A program made the position numbers and the translations under genes. From positions 1 to 61,887 of the forward strand of contig JBHIAH010000008.1 of the NCBI GenBank assembly GCA_046758505.1: a stretch of DNA of 61,887 nt. Direction: 5' to 3'. The first letter of the stretch is position 1, and each line of letters begins with the position of its first letter. The stretch is from Candidatus Methylomirabilales bacterium (GTDB lineage: Bacteria; Methylomirabilota; Methylomirabilia; Methylomirabilales; CSP1-5). A model generated the notes under the pieces. The model was not told where the DNA came from. It worked only from the letters and a program-made list of their open reading frames with translations, and made no database searches. Shown here in pieces: positions 60,889 through 61,887 of this stretch.

Positions 60889-60975
60889 GCCGAAGTGGCG
60901 GAATTGGTAGACGCGCATGGTTCAGGGCCATGTGGGCGTCAGCCCGTGGGGGTTCGAGTCCCCCCTTCGGCACCA
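60889..60975 (+). tRNA. tRNA-Leu (anticodon CAG)
   Basis: GCCGAAG acceptor stem, GGAATTGGTAGAC D-arm, CATGG-TTCAGGG-CCATG anticodon arm, long variable arm, GGTTCGAGTCC T-arm, encoded CCA. Confidence 0.97.
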
Positions 60976-61289
60976 CCGCTCCCCGGTCTTTCCCGCGTCT
61001 CCCTTTGCGTGACAGGCGCGCACAGGTCTCGCCTCCGACCCCGGCGAGCGTTCTATATCATCTCCTCTCCGGAATCAAGACTCTTTCCCGCGAAGTCTGA
61101 ATCCGTTCTTCATCGAACGGTTGCATCGAAGGACGAGTAACCCTCCGGCTCAGCTCTCCTCACATTCACACGATACAGCTAGGGGCATTGAGGGGAGTGG
61201 GTGTTGCGGTCCCCGAGGCTCCCCCACGCCCGCGGGGTGCTCAGCGAGACCATCGCCGAGCCCCGTACGGCCAGCGGTCAGCTTCAAGT

Positions 61290-61390
61290 ATTGCGGATTT
61301 GGAATTTTGTAGGAGCGCCCCTCGTTTTTCAAATTGGAAATCGAAAATTCGAAATAGGTTGATTGCTGACAGCAGACCGCTGACTGCTTC
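61290..61390. repeat. 7-nt periodic arrays (AT-rich AAAT type and GCTGAC type)
   Basis: AAATTGG-AAATCGA-AAATTCG-AAATAGG and GCTGACA-GCAGACC-GCTGACT runs. Confidence 0.6.
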
Positions 61391-61409
61391 TCTGTTGGCT
61401 AGTGCGGCA

Positions 61410-61887
61410 CTAGGAGGGACGATATCGAACCACGCGGTTTCGCGCACAGGCCCGTCCAAACAGGGAGGCAAAGAAGAGATACAAATAGAAGCTGATGAAA
61501 GAGGCGAGGATCCACAGTAAGGGAGCGGCTGTCCCGAATAAGGCAACGCCGACGAGGAGTAAGATCCCGTACCATATGGCGAGCGCCTTCAAGTACTCGT
61601 TCAGAACCAATTGAATCTCAGCCCAAACTTTCGGGAGCTCAAAGGCCGACCAGATGCGGCCTGTCCGGGCGAGATGTACCTGGGCCATCGGCTCGAGCGC
61701 CGCGGAGATTAGTGCGGCCAAGGAAGAGAGGAAGGGGCCCGCCCCAAGCATCCACAGGAAGAGCGGAAAGGCCGCGAAGTAGACAAAACCCACCAGAAAG
61801 ACCTTGACCCCCTTGATGAAGAGATCGGTGAAGCCCGTCCACTCGGGCAAACGCTCCTCCTCTCCGCCCAACACCTGTTCGAGCAGG
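61410..61887 (-). CDS. DUF4013-like membrane protein (5' end outside window)
   Basis: LPEW..F.DLF.KG.K.F.V..VY, A.TG....AF pattern; multiple TM helices; frame open to the window edge. Confidence 0.65.
   Translation of the reverse strand, partial: LLEQVLGGEEERLPEWTGFTDLFIKGVKVFLVGFVYFAAFPLFLWMLGAGPFLSSLAALISAALEPMAQVHLARTGRIWSAFELPKVWAEIQLVLNEYLKALAIWYGILLLVGVALFGTAAPLLWILASFISFYLYLFFASLFGRACARNRVVRYRPS

Noticed and set aside
60976..61409. Genomic island integrated at tRNA-Leu
   Set aside because: No integrase and no duplicate of the tRNA 3' end within the window; cannot be excluded beyond the right edge.

Overview
A GC-rich, gene-dense stretch of core bacterial chromosome from a diderm organism (lptCAB present). 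The gene order resembles Deltaproteobacteria, Nitrospirae or NC10 lineages, but this is inference only. Plus strand: small membrane protein, rnc, smc, ftsY, ribD-ribE-ribBA-ribH-nusB and a stand-alone PepA N-terminal-domain protein. Minus strand: yceD-rpmF-plsX-fabH-fabD-fabG-acpP-fabF; (icd remnant)-mdh-sdhCAB-sucCD-ndk; TPR-pgsA-lysC-comEA-scpA-scpB-pheA-hisC-aroF-tyrA-hflX-pgsA-like-der-FAD oxidoreductase; lptCAB-rpoN-hpf-rapZ-lipoate ligase; acyl-CoA dehydrogenase; fadD-yhaM; degP-sigma factor-rmuC; TPR-DUF4388/GspG; thioesterase-SAM hydrolase. Also a CPBP protease, tRNA-Leu(CAG) and a partial DUF4013-like gene. No integrase, transposase, CRISPR array or rRNA was seen. The most notable signals are mostly invisible in the ORF track: (1) two tandemly duplicated 20- and 25-aa Lys/Ala-rich micropeptide genes with strong Shine-Dalgarno sites and a shared terminator, directly downstream of a wHTH-nucleotidyltransferase/HEPN pair with degenerate catalytic motifs and a palindromic operator; (2) an isocitrate dehydrogenase gene reduced to fused N- and C-terminal stubs, interrupted by a 51-bp palindromic insertion, with its promoter intact; (3) a dispersed family of 7-nt-periodic inverted repeat arrays at intergenic junctions, two of which share a 76-bp core; (4) an RNase III with three conserved acidic residues substituted; (5) a putative sigma54-driven TPR/Cys-cluster plus DUF4388-pseudopilin operon.
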